From the NCBI GenBank assembly GCA_012549035.1, contig GCA_012549035.1_4805.1: a stretch of DNA of 64,000 nucleotides. One strand, written 5' to 3'. The notes under the pieces were generated by a model. The model did not search any database and was not told the origin of the DNA. It saw only the letters and a program-made list of their open reading frames with translations. Shown one piece after another: positions 45,574 to 56,481 of the stretch. This DNA is from a phage. Every line of letters begins with the position of its first letter. Position 1 is the first letter of the stretch. A program made the translations under genes and the position numbers.

Positions 45574-46569
45574 ATGAACATGAAACAACATGTAATGATT
45601 ATCGGCGGCGGTTTGGCAGGACTTATTACCGCGTGTCACTTCCCGAACTCTATTGTGTACGAAGCAGGGGAGCGAGCGCAGCAGCACAAGGCGTTGCTAC
45701 GCTTTCGCGGCGAAGAAGTAAGCCGTATTACCGGAATCCCTTTTAAGGCCGTGACAGTTGACAAGGCTGTGTATTTTCGCGGCAACTACTACCACGACCA
45801 TTGCCCAATCAACCTTGCCAATATGTATTCCATGAAGGTCACCAATCAATTCGGTAGCCGCTCAATTATGAAGCTTAAAACTGCAACGCGTTATATTGCG
45901 CCTGATGACTTTTATGATCAGCTTGTCGACAAACTGGGTGACCGCATATTCTTTAACACTCCTGTTGATACGCTTTGCGGCTATAGCGAGACGCCAATCA
46001 TCAACACGTCGCCGCTGCCAGTCATGATGAAGCTTGCTGGGATTGATCAAAAGATTGATTTCTCATTCGATAAGGCGAACATTCGTGTTTACCGCTTTAA
46101 GATTAAACGCAAGTGTGAACTGTATCAAACCATTTACTTCCCTGACTACTCCGTCAGAACTTACCGCGCATCAATCACTGGCGACACATTGATCATCGAA
46201 ACAATTCCTTTGGTTAGCGTAAGTGAAGCTGCAGTTGAAGCCGCTGGCGGCATTACTCGTTACCGTGACATTAAGTTGCGTGCAGAAGTTGACGAAGTGT
46301 TGACAGCCTTTGGCCTCTCATGGAGTGACATTACTCTTGAAGAAGTTGAAAAGGTCGACCAGAAATATGGCAAGATTGTCGACATTCCGAAGGACTTGCG
46401 ACACGCCCTACTCCTGCAGCTGACTATGGATTTGAACGTGTTTAGTGTCGGTCGATTTGCTACCTGGCGCAACATTTTGCTTGATGATGTCGCTCATGAC
46501 CTTGTTGAAGTTGAAAAACTCATCAAAGCAAATAACTATCAAAAATTTGCTTATATTGCTAATAAATAA
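45574..46569 (+). CDS. FAD/NAD(P)-binding oxidoreductase-like protein (331 aa)
   Basis: N-terminal Rossmann dinucleotide-binding motif MIIGGGLAGL. Confidence 0.55.
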   Translation: MNMKQHVMIIGGGLAGLITACHFPNSIVYEAGERAQQHKALLRFRGEEVSRITGIPFKAVTVDKAVYFRGNYYHDHCPINLANMYSMKVTNQFGSRSIMKLKTATRYIAPDDFYDQLVDKLGDRIFFNTPVDTLCGYSETPIINTSPLPVMMKLAGIDQKIDFSFDKANIRVYRFKIKRKCELYQTIYFPDYSVRTYRASITGDTLIIETIPLVSVSEAAVEAAGGITRYRDIKLRAEVDEVLTAFGLSWSDITLEEVEKVDQKYGKIVDIPKDLRHALLLQLTMDLNVFSVGRFATWRNILLDDVAHDLVEVEKLIKANNYQKFAYIANK

Positions 46570-46634
46570 TTTGCTTTCTGCTTCAATGGGCGTATACTTT
46601 AATCATTGAAGCAGAACTCATAGAGGAAACGAAA

Positions 46635-47081
46635 ATGAAACGAATCACTGGAATCGCGCTTGCCGCAACCGCTATTCTCGGCACCATGTATATGGAAGCT
46701 ACTGAAGCGGCTGTCCGCACTTCCGATTCAGTAGCTGTGTATGATTGCGAAGCGATGGACGGTAAAACCGCAGCAGCCACTGGCGCAACTATCACGGCTT
46801 ACATCGGCGTGAACGAGCAAGAAGGTCTGAATATTCAGATTCAAGGATTCACAGGCAAAGGTGCCAACCGCACTCCTTGGATGCAACGTTTCACTTTCGT
46901 TCAGCCTCGTTCAACTGGCGGCTTTATCAACCTGATTGGTGAAAATCGTTCTGGTGCAGAAATCTTTACATCAATGAGTTCTAATAATGAACCAAAGAAA
47001 AGTTTTCAGTTGCTTTATAACGCACAATTCGTTTATCATTGCACCTTCTCTGGTGATCAGCAACTAGTAAATTACCGTTAA
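46635..47081 (+). CDS. secreted/periplasmic protein (148 aa)
   Basis: N-terminal signal-peptide-like MKRITGIALAATAILG. Confidence 0.55.
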   Translation: MKRITGIALAATAILGTMYMEATEAAVRTSDSVAVYDCEAMDGKTAAATGATITAYIGVNEQEGLNIQIQGFTGKGANRTPWMQRFTFVQPRSTGGFINLIGENRSGAEIFTSMSSNNEPKKSFQLLYNAQFVYHCTFSGDQQLVNYR

Positions 47082-47094
47082 TAGGATAATTAAA

Positions 47095-47904
47095 ATGAAA
47101 GTTGAATTAATTCGATACACCCAAGATGCACTTGACCTTTTGCTGGAAACAAAGAACACGCGCATGACTGGTAAGCCTGTCTCTGAGATGACGGAATCAG
47201 AGAAGCAAGAGCATTGGCGCTACATGCTTGACACCATCAAGTCGCCTTTTGACTTTGTGGACTATATCTTTGACATCACCGCTGTATCAAAGAATATGAC
47301 TCATCAGATGGTACGCACACGCACAGGTGCATATCAAGAACGCACCAGCCGCGCTCAGGAATCTTCTGCATTTGATGCGATTCGTCCGAAGGCATTCGAG
47401 CACCCTTCTGACTGCAATGATGAAAATGCATTTGATGATGTGCACATAAGACATCACTCATTGGCAGAGAAATGGGATGATGCAATGGCGACTATCGATG
47501 CTTTGTATCAAGAACTTCGCGCGGCTGGCGCAGAGATTCAAGATGCACGTGCCGTGTTGCCTTCTAATATGCAAACGCATATCATGGCAAAGTTCAACTT
47601 GCGCACCCTGCAACAAATGGCTTCCAACCGCTTGTGTACGCGCACCCAAGGCGAGTATCAGGAAGTTTTCCGTGCGATGGTAGCGGAAGTCCTCAAGGTG
47701 CACCCGTGGGCTAATCCTTTACTACAGCCGCAATGCATCGGTATGGGCAAGTGCGCATTCCCTCGCCATGGCAAGGCCCATTGCCCTTGGTATCGTGATT
47801 GGATGGATACCACTGCACAGCAAGAAGAGTTGCGCATCCAGTTTTGGGATGCCGCGCCAATCACCAATAATCCAGTTGCTAAAGATGGAGTATCAAAAGG
47901 ATGA
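47095..47904 (+). CDS. ThyX-like (flavin-dependent thymidylate synthase family) protein with RTR in place of RHR
   Basis: N-terminus MKVELIRYT and block ARAVLPSNMQTHIMAKFNLRTLQQMASNR resemble ThyX; signature region reads VRTRTGAYQERTS. Confidence 0.6.
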   Translation: MKVELIRYTQDALDLLLETKNTRMTGKPVSEMTESEKQEHWRYMLDTIKSPFDFVDYIFDITAVSKNMTHQMVRTRTGAYQERTSRAQESSAFDAIRPKAFEHPSDCNDENAFDDVHIRHHSLAEKWDDAMATIDALYQELRAAGAEIQDARAVLPSNMQTHIMAKFNLRTLQQMASNRLCTRTQGEYQEVFRAMVAEVLKVHPWANPLLQPQCIGMGKCAFPRHGKAHCPWYRDWMDTTAQQEELRIQFWDAAPITNNPVAKDGVSKG

Positions 47905-48773
47905 GCATTAAAAACAGCGAAATCTTAAACGTATTCGACCTTGACGGAACGCTGTTTGATGACCGTTGGCGCTTAGACCGCATCAAGGTGGCAGGTCCGT
48001 TGTCAGACTATGATGACTATCACAGCGGTATTGGTTATGATCAGTTCTATCCTCACATTGCATCAGCAGTAGAGTCGGCATCTCTTCGCGGTGAGGCGGT
48101 TGAATATTGGACTGCAAGGCCAGAAAAATACAGACAAGTGACTTTTGAACGTCTGGACAATGTTTTCCCTTTTGATGAATTTACAATCAAGATGAGAGAC
48201 TATGGCGACAAACGTCCATCAACTATTATGAAATCTGCATGGCTATCGCACGCTTTGCGGCACGGCGATTATCGAATCATCAATGTATTCGACGACCGAC
48301 AAGACGTACTCGCGCGGATGCAAGATGAAGCATTGTATTATAACTCCGTTGCTCAAAATAAAATCGCTTTTACATTTAATCTTTGCAAAGCAGGTGAAGT
48401 GGTGCAACAATTAGCAATTGATCCAAGCGCAACAGGGCAAGAAGAGACTAAGGCTGTGGAAGTTGAACAATCTCCGGCAACTGCCGCCGATATTCTTGAT
48501 GCGATGGCCGCGACCTTCCGTGAGCGCAATGCCGTTTATGGCGATAACGCTGTGATGGTAGGTCAGGTTATGCAGGTGTTGTTCCCTAATGGCGTAACTT
48601 TGAAGACACCGGAAGACTACCACATGTGGCATCTGTTCGAGCTTAAGATTGTCAAGCTTACACGCTTCGCAATCAGCGGCCTGAAGCACGAAGACTCAAT
48701 ACGCGACGATGGTGTTTATAGCGCCATGTGTGAACGTCTTGTAAACACCCATAATATTAATTTCAATAAATAG
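47901..48773 (+). CDS. HAD-superfamily phosphatase fused to C-terminal domain of unknown function
   Basis: HAD motif I VFDLDGTLFDD and motif IV-like NVFDDRQD; about 140-aa unknown C-terminal domain. Confidence 0.55.
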   Translation: MSIKNSEILNVFDLDGTLFDDRWRLDRIKVAGPLSDYDDYHSGIGYDQFYPHIASAVESASLRGEAVEYWTARPEKYRQVTFERLDNVFPFDEFTIKMRDYGDKRPSTIMKSAWLSHALRHGDYRIINVFDDRQDVLARMQDEALYYNSVAQNKIAFTFNLCKAGEVVQQLAIDPSATGQEETKAVEVEQSPATAADILDAMAATFRERNAVYGDNAVMVGQVMQVLFPNGVTLKTPEDYHMWHLFELKIVKLTRFAISGLKHEDSIRDDGVYSAMCERLVNTHNINFNK

Positions 48774-48838
48774 TTTACTTGTGCGTTTCGATGAGTTATA
48801 TTTACCTCATCGAAACGAAGTCCAAAAAGGATAAATAA

Positions 48839-49522
48839 ATGAAAAAAGTAATTGTTGTAACAGGTTCCAATTCCGGTCTTGGTAAATCTATTTTTGACAC
48901 CCTTGGCGCTTACGGTCATAACGTGCTTGGCATCGATTCAGCATACGGATATGACGTCCGCGATGCTAAACAGATGAAAGAAATTTTAAGCCCATGTGAT
49001 GTTGAAGGCTTGATCAACTGTGCTGGTGTCAACTCTAACAATTGGTTTGAAGATGTAAACTATGAAGAGTTTAACCGCGTTATGCACACCAACGCATTCT
49101 CTTTCGTTAACACGACTCAGGCTGCGCTGAAAAGTCTTATCGACAACAAAGGCTTTGTGATCAACATCGTTTCCAACGCTGCGCATATTCCTATGACGTC
49201 CAGCTTGTGTTATAATGCATCCAAGGCCGCTGCGCTTATGATCAGCAAGCAGATGGCTCACGAACTTACGCCTAAGTACGGCATCACGGTATTCTCTATT
49301 AGTCCTAACAAGTTGCGCGGCACTGGCATGTCTAAACAGATTGAAGATGCCGTTTGCGCGACTCGCGGCTGGACTCCTGAATACGCTGCTGAATACCAGA
49401 AAAAGGCATTGATGAATGGATTGGAAACTGAGCCGCAAGTAATTGCTGACTTCATTCGCCATATCTTAATTACGGGCGCATGGCGCTTTATGTCTGGCAC
49501 TGATATTCCATTTGGTAAATAA
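48839..49522 (+). CDS. short-chain dehydrogenase/reductase (SDR) family protein
   Basis: TGSNSGLG cofactor motif and YNASK catalytic motif. Confidence 0.65.
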   Translation: MKKVIVVTGSNSGLGKSIFDTLGAYGHNVLGIDSAYGYDVRDAKQMKEILSPCDVEGLINCAGVNSNNWFEDVNYEEFNRVMHTNAFSFVNTTQAALKSLIDNKGFVINIVSNAAHIPMTSSLCYNASKAAALMISKQMAHELTPKYGITVFSISPNKLRGTGMSKQIEDAVCATRGWTPEYAAEYQKKALMNGLETEPQVIADFIRHILITGAWRFMSGTDIPFGK

Positions 49523-49614
49523 CAAACATTTGAAGTTGTCACACCCGCTCCTGAAAAGAAACAGGACGAAGACAACACAGTAATTAATCAATAATATTTA
49601 ATTAAGGAAACAAA

Positions 49615-50166
49615 ATGCCACATTTTAAAATTGAACAAATCGCCCTGTCAATTCCAGATGCTCAGCGCGCACAGGATTTCTTGGCTAAAATCGGCCTGAC
49701 AGAATGGTTCCATGATCATGTTGTTGCTACTGGTCGCGTATTTGAAGCTGATGACTTTAAAGGTCGTCGCGACGATTGCACCAATGAAGCTGACTTGCGC
49801 TTCAACTATCAGGCTGGCAACGGTACTGATGGTGGCGCTGGTAAGCCTCTTGAGCTTGAAATCCTTGACTACACAATGGGCTGCAACTGGATTAACGAAA
49901 ACATCGAATATATCGATGCGCATGACAATCAGGTCAGCCATCTTGGCATGCACGTAACTGCCGCTGAACTTGCTGAATGGCGTAAGTTCTTTAGCGAAGA
50001 AGGCATTCAGGTTGCACAGGAAGTTGTAACTGACTCTCATACCAACCCGAACATTGCTGGTCAACGTCGTTACAACTATGTGATCTTTGATACGCGTGAA
50101 ATCATCGGTGTTGATTTGAAGTTTATCGTGCGCTTGAATCAAGACGGTACTCCGTACACTGTATAA
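49615..50166 (+). CDS. hypothetical protein (183 aa), possibly VOC/glyoxalase-like
   Basis: ORF with good context; fold assignment speculative. Confidence 0.5.
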   Translation: MPHFKIEQIALSIPDAQRAQDFLAKIGLTEWFHDHVVATGRVFEADDFKGRRDDCTNEADLRFNYQAGNGTDGGAGKPLELEILDYTMGCNWINENIEYIDAHDNQVSHLGMHVTAAELAEWRKFFSEEGIQVAQEVVTDSHTNPNIAGQRRYNYVIFDTREIIGVDLKFIVRLNQDGTPYTV

Positions 50167-50220
50167 CGAATCGTGAATCTGTGGCCGTCCTAATGGGCGG
50201 CCTTTTTGTAGGAGGCCAAT

Positions 50221-50763
50221 GTGTTATTTCTCCCTTATGACTTCGAAACAACCGGATTAACCGTGCACCCGAAAGCGCCGCTTGGAATGCAGCCGCGCCC
50301 TATTGAATTTGCAGGCTTGCTGACAGACGGCAAAGAGATTCTTGAAACGTTTGAATTCATAATTAATCCTGAAATCGTGATCGAAGAAATCATCACAAAG
50401 ATTACCGGATTAACAAATGAAGACCTTGAGTGCAATCCACCGTTCATCAATTTCGTCCCGCAGCTAAAAGAAATCCTCAAGAAGACTGATGCAACTATCG
50501 CGCACAACCATGCGTTCGATAAAAACATTCTTGATTATGCACTACAGCGCGAAGGACTTACGCTTGATGATGTTAATTTTCCAGAAATAAACATATGTAC
50601 AGTTGAGCAAACCTTGCCTATTTTTGGCCGAAGAGTTAAGCTTCAAGAGCTGTATGAATTATATTTCGGAAAATATGAACAGAAGCACCGTGCATTAGAC
50701 GACGTAATATTACTGCACAAAGTCTGCCAACAAATTGGCGTATATGACATCTGGAGTAAATAA
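50221..50763 (+). CDS. DnaQ-like 3'-5' exonuclease (DEDDh)
   Basis: Exo I YDFETTGL, Exo II HNHAFDKNIL, Exo III HRALDD motifs. Confidence 0.7.
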   Translation: MLFLPYDFETTGLTVHPKAPLGMQPRPIEFAGLLTDGKEILETFEFIINPEIVIEEIITKITGLTNEDLECNPPFINFVPQLKEILKKTDATIAHNHAFDKNILDYALQREGLTLDDVNFPEINICTVEQTLPIFGRRVKLQELYELYFGKYEQKHRALDDVILLHKVCQQIGVYDIWSK

Positions 50764-53660
50764 TGTTTCCACAATTGAGAGTTCGCAGCGGTTACACGTT
50801 CAAAGAAGTTTATGGACGGCATCCTGAAATTATAGCACGGCTCAAAGAGTTGGGCTGCGAAGTCGCGGCATTAGTTGATAACAACACATGGGGTCACGTT
50901 CGCTGGGAAAAGGAATGCCAGAAAAATGATATTAAGCCTATGTTTGGAATGGAGATTCCAATCATCGACCCTGATGCGGACCCTAAAAAGGGATTCAAAC
51001 CGAAGGCTTGGATATTGGCCCTTGACTTAAAATCTTTTTACAACGCTACAACACTTTCAACGCAGCGCGGTGGACTTACCCGTTCAGAGTTCGGTGCGCT
51101 CGATGGCGTCGTTAAATTCTGTGGCGGTGCCGTGGAGTTGCTGCGGCCAGAGGACTACGACTATATAGACGTCAACCCATCATCGTTCCTTTTGGCAAAG
51201 CGCCAGGCATTGGCTCATCGTAGCAGTGGAAGGCCGCTGGTTTTAACCGGATACAACCACATGCCTTCACCTGAGCACGTTGACTTTGCTTATGCGTGGG
51301 AAGTGCGCGACACGGTCAAGCCGCACTGCATCGTTGACGCGGAAGACTTGCGCAAACAGCTTAAAGGCATCTTGACTGAAGATGAGCTCAATCAGGCAAC
51401 GGCCAATGCTGTTGACATAGCAAACGGCATAGTCGGACTTGACCTGAAATTACGCAAGGCACCGATTATTCACCTTGCTGGTGACATGGTAAAGCTTGCT
51501 CGCGAGGGTATGGAGTACCGTCTAAAAGCAGGTCACATCAAAGAATGGACTCAGGAATACGAGGACCGCTTCAACGAAGAAATTCACCAGATTCAGCTGA
51601 AAGATTTCGACTCATACTTTCTGGTGGTAGCGGACCTTGTACGATTCGCAAAAACAAAAATGCTCGTCGGTCCTGCGCGCGGCTCATCGGCTGGTTCACT
51701 TGTTTGCTATTGCCTCGGCATCACGGAAGTGGACCCAATCCCGTATAAGCTGCTGTTTGCCCGATTCATCGACGTAAGCCGCGCCGACCTTCCTGACATC
51801 GACATCGACTTTGAAGATACCAAACGCTATATGGTGTTTGATTATCTTAAAGAGAAATACGGCGAAATGAACGTTGCAAAGCTTGGCAACATCAACACGC
51901 TTAAGGCCAACTCAGTAATGGCTCAAGTTGGTAAGAAGTTCAACATTGGATACCACGAAACAGCCAACATTAAAAACGCACTGCTTGAATACTCATCCGG
52001 TGACGCCCGTTATGGTCACGGCCTGGAGGATACCTTTGCAACAACGACCACGGGTCAAGAGTTCGTGGCTAAATATCCCGATGCCGCGCGATGCATGGGT
52101 GACCTTGAGATTCACCCTTCCCACACTGGCGTTCACGCAGCGGGAATCATCGTGTGTAATGACCCAATCTCTGATTACTGTACTGTAACTGCAGAAGGGA
52201 TTGCGCAAATCGATAAGCCTGACAGCGAATACCTCAACCTTTTGAAGCTTGATGCACTGGGCCTTCGTACTCTCGGCATCATTTCTGATACAGGCGTCAT
52301 TGATGCTGAAACGCTGTACGGAATCAAGCTTGATGATCAAAGTGTCCTTGACATTCTTAATGAAAACAAAATGTCAGGCATCTTCCAGTTTGAAGGTGAT
52401 GCTGTACGCTCAGTAACAAACTTTGTGCACGTCGATAACTTTAACAAAATCGACAACCTGACGGCGTTGGGTCGACCTGGACCATTGTCATCCGGTATGG
52501 CCCAGAAATACATTGAACGCGCGGCAGGGCGTGCGCCGATTGAGTACGACGTGCCGCAGCTTGAGCCGTACTTGAAAGAGACTTACGGCGTGTTTCTTTA
52601 CCAAGAGCAAATCATGGCCGTGGTTAAAGAGATTGGTTCATTTGACTGGGCGAAAACATCCGCTGTACGTAAGGCGATGTCAGGCCGTAAGGGTGAGGAA
52701 TACTTTAACAAGCTTGGCGAAGACTTCGTTGCAGGCGCAATAAATAATGGCGTGCCGGAAGCGGATGCAAGAAAGCTTTGGCAGGCGATGGCGACGTTCG
52801 GGTCATGGGGCTTTAACAAGTCACACTCCGTGTCATACGCGGTCGTGACCTACTGGACCTTGTGGCTTAAACGACACTACCCGTTGGAATTTGCCGCTGC
52901 TTGCTTACGCGCTGCTAAGGACGAAGACCAGACGATTGCGATATTACGTGAACTTGCGAAGGAAGGCGTGGATTATGTGCCAATCGATCCTGATCACTCT
53001 TCAATGAACTGGACCATCGCTAACGGAAAGCTAATCGGCGGCATCATGAACGCTAAAGGGTACGGAATGGTGAAGGCGATGAAGTACATCGAAGCACGTG
53101 AAGCCGGAACCTTAACGCAAAAGCAGAAGGATGCATTGGCCAATGCTGAAGTCAAATACGGCGACCTTACAGAGATGCACACCAAGTTCGGCTGGGCATA
53201 TAATGACCCATATCTTATTGGCGTCACTTCCGGCGCTTCAATACGCCAGATGAAGGAAGTAGGCGATGATGAGCGTGCAATAGTAATCGGCAAGTTGACA
53301 AAGAAAGTGCTTGCGGACGAGAATGAAGCAACACGCATCCGTAAACGACTTGAGCGCGGCATCTATACAAAGCACGGCAAGCTTAAAAAGGGTCTTCAAG
53401 CTGATGGCCGCTACGCAGAGTTTGACCAGTACGGGAACAAGCTTGAGACTCAGTTCATCGACCTTATGTGCAAAGACGACTCGACCGACTCGCCAATGCG
53501 ATTCAGGATTCGTCCAGAGAAGTTCCAGAAGTACGGGAAGTACATCGCTGAAAACGTCGGGAACGGCGCATTCTTCCTGATGAAAGGTCGTAAGCTTGAA
53601 GGCATTGACATGTTCATTGTTGACGTGATCAAACAGGTGTACCCAGATGGCAACAAATAA
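50763..53660 (+). CDS. DnaE-type DNA polymerase III alpha-like catalytic subunit
   Basis: 965 aa; N-terminal PHP-like start and PDIDIDF polymerase active-site motif. Confidence 0.75.
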   Translation: MFPQLRVRSGYTFKEVYGRHPEIIARLKELGCEVAALVDNNTWGHVRWEKECQKNDIKPMFGMEIPIIDPDADPKKGFKPKAWILALDLKSFYNATTLSTQRGGLTRSEFGALDGVVKFCGGAVELLRPEDYDYIDVNPSSFLLAKRQALAHRSSGRPLVLTGYNHMPSPEHVDFAYAWEVRDTVKPHCIVDAEDLRKQLKGILTEDELNQATANAVDIANGIVGLDLKLRKAPIIHLAGDMVKLAREGMEYRLKAGHIKEWTQEYEDRFNEEIHQIQLKDFDSYFLVVADLVRFAKTKMLVGPARGSSAGSLVCYCLGITEVDPIPYKLLFARFIDVSRADLPDIDIDFEDTKRYMVFDYLKEKYGEMNVAKLGNINTLKANSVMAQVGKKFNIGYHETANIKNALLEYSSGDARYGHGLEDTFATTTTGQEFVAKYPDAARCMGDLEIHPSHTGVHAAGIIVCNDPISDYCTVTAEGIAQIDKPDSEYLNLLKLDALGLRTLGIISDTGVIDAETLYGIKLDDQSVLDILNENKMSGIFQFEGDAVRSVTNFVHVDNFNKIDNLTALGRPGPLSSGMAQKYIERAAGRAPIEYDVPQLEPYLKETYGVFLYQEQIMAVVKEIGSFDWAKTSAVRKAMSGRKGEEYFNKLGEDFVAGAINNGVPEADARKLWQAMATFGSWGFNKSHSVSYAVVTYWTLWLKRHYPLEFAAACLRAAKDEDQTIAILRELAKEGVDYVPIDPDHSSMNWTIANGKLIGGIMNAKGYGMVKAMKYIEAREAGTLTQKQKDALANAEVKYGDLTEMHTKFGWAYNDPYLIGVTSGASIRQMKEVGDDERAIVIGKLTKKVLADENEATRIRKRLERGIYTKHGKLKKGLQADGRYAEFDQYGNKLETQFIDLMCKDDSTDSPMRFRIRPEKFQKYGKYIAENVGNGAFFLMKGRKLEGIDMFIVDVIKQVYPDGNK

Positions 53661-54069
53661 CCGTGAGCAGAAATACATATTCGTCCCATTGAAGAAGCAT
53701 TCGGAATCAATATTGAAGCTTCAACGAATCGAGTCAATGACGGGCGATGGCGTGCCGGACGTAATCGGCACCAACCGGAAAGGGCGCGGCTTTTGGCTTG
53801 AAATGAAGTTCTTTGAATCGTGGCCTGCAAGGGCCACCACTGCACCTTTCAGAAATGCATTTGAGAAAGGCCAATGCAGCTTTCTTTCTTCGTGGAATGA
53901 TTGGAAATACCCATCATTTGTTCTGCTTAAGGTTGATTCTGAGAAGATGTTTTATTTAGTCCACCCTTCTATTGAATTAAAGCGTTATAATACTGCAGAC
54001 GTTCAACGTGAGATAATCGTGAAGGGAACTATTCATCACATCATCAAGTATTTAGAGGAATTGTCATGA
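53647..54069 (+). CDS. VRR-NUC domain nuclease
   Basis: GDGVPDVIGTNRKGRGFWLEMK matches the D...E.K nuclease core. Confidence 0.6.
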   Translation: MATNNREQKYIFVPLKKHSESILKLQRIESMTGDGVPDVIGTNRKGRGFWLEMKFFESWPARATTAPFRNAFEKGQCSFLSSWNDWKYPSFVLLKVDSEKMFYLVHPSIELKRYNTADVQREIIVKGTIHHIIKYLEELS

Positions 54070-55589
54070 AAACACAAGGAATGCGCCACCAATTATTGGC
54101 GCTTGATAAAGCAGGCCGCAGAAAATACTTTGCTTATTTCATGGAGCAGGGTCTTGGTAAAACCTGGACTGCTTTGGCAGAGTTTGAAAAGCATTTCACC
54201 GCTGGCGCATTTGACGCCATGGTTGTCATCGCTCCTAATGGTGTACACTCAAACTGGATTCGTCGTGAAGCGCCAGAGCACCTTTCCATCAAGTGGATTG
54301 GGCATTACTGGCGCGGCAATGACAAGATGAAAACTAAAAAGGGCAAAGCAATTTGGGAGAAGATGTTTGCTGATCACTATCCTGAAGGTGAAGTGCCTGC
54401 GCGCATCTTCTCATTCAACATTGACACGGTGAATACGCCAGTCGGTTATCAACACATTGAGTCCGTACTGAAGAAGTACCGCTGTTTGATGATCATTGAT
54501 GAATCGACGCGTATCAAAAATAACACAGCCAAGCGTTCCATCAAGGTTGTGGAATTGGGACGGCTGGCAAAGGCCCGTCGAATCCTTTCCGGTACGCCGC
54601 TGCCGCGCTCGCCTGCTGATATTTACATGCAGTATCACTTCCTTGAAGCTGGCTTGCTTGGCACCAAATCGTTCCGTGCATTCAATTCTGAATTCACGGT
54701 GCTGCTTGAAGCGCACGACCCAGAGATGCAGGCCATTCTCAAGAAAATCGGCGGCAACGGTTATGGCATTCCGCAAGTGCCGCGCAAAGACCAGTTTGGC
54801 CGACCGATGTATAAAAACCTTGACAAGCTTATCCGGCTGATGGAGCCGCACTATTTCCGCGCGACAAAAGCGGAATACCTGCCGGAACTTCCAGAGAAGG
54901 TGTACAAGTTTATCGACTTCGAGTTGTCGCCTAAGCAGCGCGATGTCTATGATGAACTCAAGAATGAGTACAACTATCTGATGGAGTATAAAGGCGAAGA
55001 AGAAAACGTTAAGTTTGAGATGATCGCATCTCGCACTAAGATGAAGCAGGTGACATCAGGCTTTGTTAAGGTGTATGATGAGATGGTCTACATGGAAGAT
55101 AACCCACGATTCACGGCCTTTAAGGACTATGTTGAAGGGGTGTTGGAAGATGACCCAGAGCGCAAATTCATTGTGTGGGCAATCTTTAAGGAAGAGATGA
55201 ACCAGATTAAGGATTGGCTTGAGTCTGAAGGCGTGGTCACTGGTGTGTACAACGGTGAAACGTCAAAAGAGCAGCGCGAGTTCTTGATTGATGACTTCCA
55301 GAAAAACACAGTCGAGAACGGTGGGACGCAAGTCTTAGTTTGTCACGCTGCAGCGGCAGGCATCGGAATCACGCTTACCGCCGCCGACTTGGCAATCTAT
55401 TATTCTTGCAACTATGACAACGAGTTGCGCAAGCAATCCGAAGACCGAAATCACCGCATCGGCACCAAATCAAGCGTGTTGTATGTTGATTTTATTGGGG
55501 TTGATACCATCGACGAAGAAATTCAGCGTTCATTGAGTATGAAGTCTATGCTTGCTGATCACATCCTCGACGGCAAAAAGATGAATTAA
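54066..55589 (+). CDS. SNF2-family helicase
   Basis: Walker A GLGKT, DExx box LMIIDESTR, conserved C-terminal helicase motifs. Confidence 0.75.
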   Translation: MKTQGMRHQLLALDKAGRRKYFAYFMEQGLGKTWTALAEFEKHFTAGAFDAMVVIAPNGVHSNWIRREAPEHLSIKWIGHYWRGNDKMKTKKGKAIWEKMFADHYPEGEVPARIFSFNIDTVNTPVGYQHIESVLKKYRCLMIIDESTRIKNNTAKRSIKVVELGRLAKARRILSGTPLPRSPADIYMQYHFLEAGLLGTKSFRAFNSEFTVLLEAHDPEMQAILKKIGGNGYGIPQVPRKDQFGRPMYKNLDKLIRLMEPHYFRATKAEYLPELPEKVYKFIDFELSPKQRDVYDELKNEYNYLMEYKGEEENVKFEMIASRTKMKQVTSGFVKVYDEMVYMEDNPRFTAFKDYVEGVLEDDPERKFIVWAIFKEEMNQIKDWLESEGVVTGVYNGETSKEQREFLIDDFQKNTVENGGTQVLVCHAAAAGIGITLTAADLAIYYSCNYDNELRKQSEDRNHRIGTKSSVLYVDFIGVDTIDEEIQRSLSMKSMLADHILDGKKMN

Positions 55590-55663
55590 TATCAAAAATA
55601 ATTTGACTTGTCACGGAAGATGAGTCATAATTACTTCATCGAAACGAAACAGAGGAATACAAA

Positions 55664-55927
55664 ATGGTACGCATCCTTGAACGTTACAAAAATGAAGCTA
55701 CTGGAGTAATCGCTTTCAAACGTCTTTTGGTCAAAGAAATTGACGGAATGTTCCGCGTTGTTAAAGAGTTTGATTATGGCAACGGTGCTGGGGTGAATAC
55801 CGTTATTATGCCTGGCATCAAGGCATATAAAACCTTAAAAGGCGCTGAGAAGGCTTTGGCGGCTTGGAAACCTGAACGTTATCAAATGACCCGTGTTGAA
55901 GGGCTAATGCAAGAAGGTAAAATATGA
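55664..55927 (+). CDS. hypothetical protein (87 aa)
   Basis: ORF with RBS-like GAGGAA upstream. Confidence 0.5.
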   Translation: MVRILERYKNEATGVIAFKRLLVKEIDGMFRVVKEFDYGNGAGVNTVIMPGIKAYKTLKGAEKALAAWKPERYQMTRVEGLMQEGKI

Positions 55928-56481
55928 GCAATATTAATTGGGAAGATGATTTGCCGCAGGTTGCTCCTGAGAGCATTCAAGAGCGCCTTGCGCGCTTAGT
56001 ATCTGAACTGGCAGAACGCCAAGAAGCTTTGACGGAGCTTGAAGATGAAGCTGATATGCAAAAGCAGCGCATCAGTGAAATCAAAACTGTTCTGCTTCCT
56101 GGCGTTATGGATGAGCTTGGTGTGTCTGAAATCAAGCTTGAGGACAAGACCAAAATCAAGGTCGAGTCAAAGGTGAATGCTTCAATCAAGAAAGAAAACG
56201 AATTAAAAGTTTTCGATTGGCTTGTCAACAACGGTTACGGCGGCTTGATCAAGTCCAGCGTCACGGCTGAGTTCGGTCGCGAAGAAATCGAACAGGCGCA
56301 AGAGATTGTTGCCGCGCTGCGTGAAGATGGTGTTGAAGCCACGTTGAAACAAGGCGTTCACTCTGCTACACTGAAGTCGTTTGTAAAAGAACAGCTGGAA
56401 GCGGGCAATCCAGTTAGTGAAGATATTAGCGTTTTTGAATACAAAGAAGCTAAAATAACCTTGCCTAAAAGCAAAAAGTAA
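55924..56481 (+). CDS. hypothetical acidic protein (185 aa)
   Basis: ATGA overlap with upstream gene. Confidence 0.5.
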   Translation: MSNINWEDDLPQVAPESIQERLARLVSELAERQEALTELEDEADMQKQRISEIKTVLLPGVMDELGVSEIKLEDKTKIKVESKVNASIKKENELKVFDWLVNNGYGGLIKSSVTAEFGREEIEQAQEIVAALREDGVEATLKQGVHSATLKSFVKEQLEAGNPVSEDISVFEYKEAKITLPKSKK

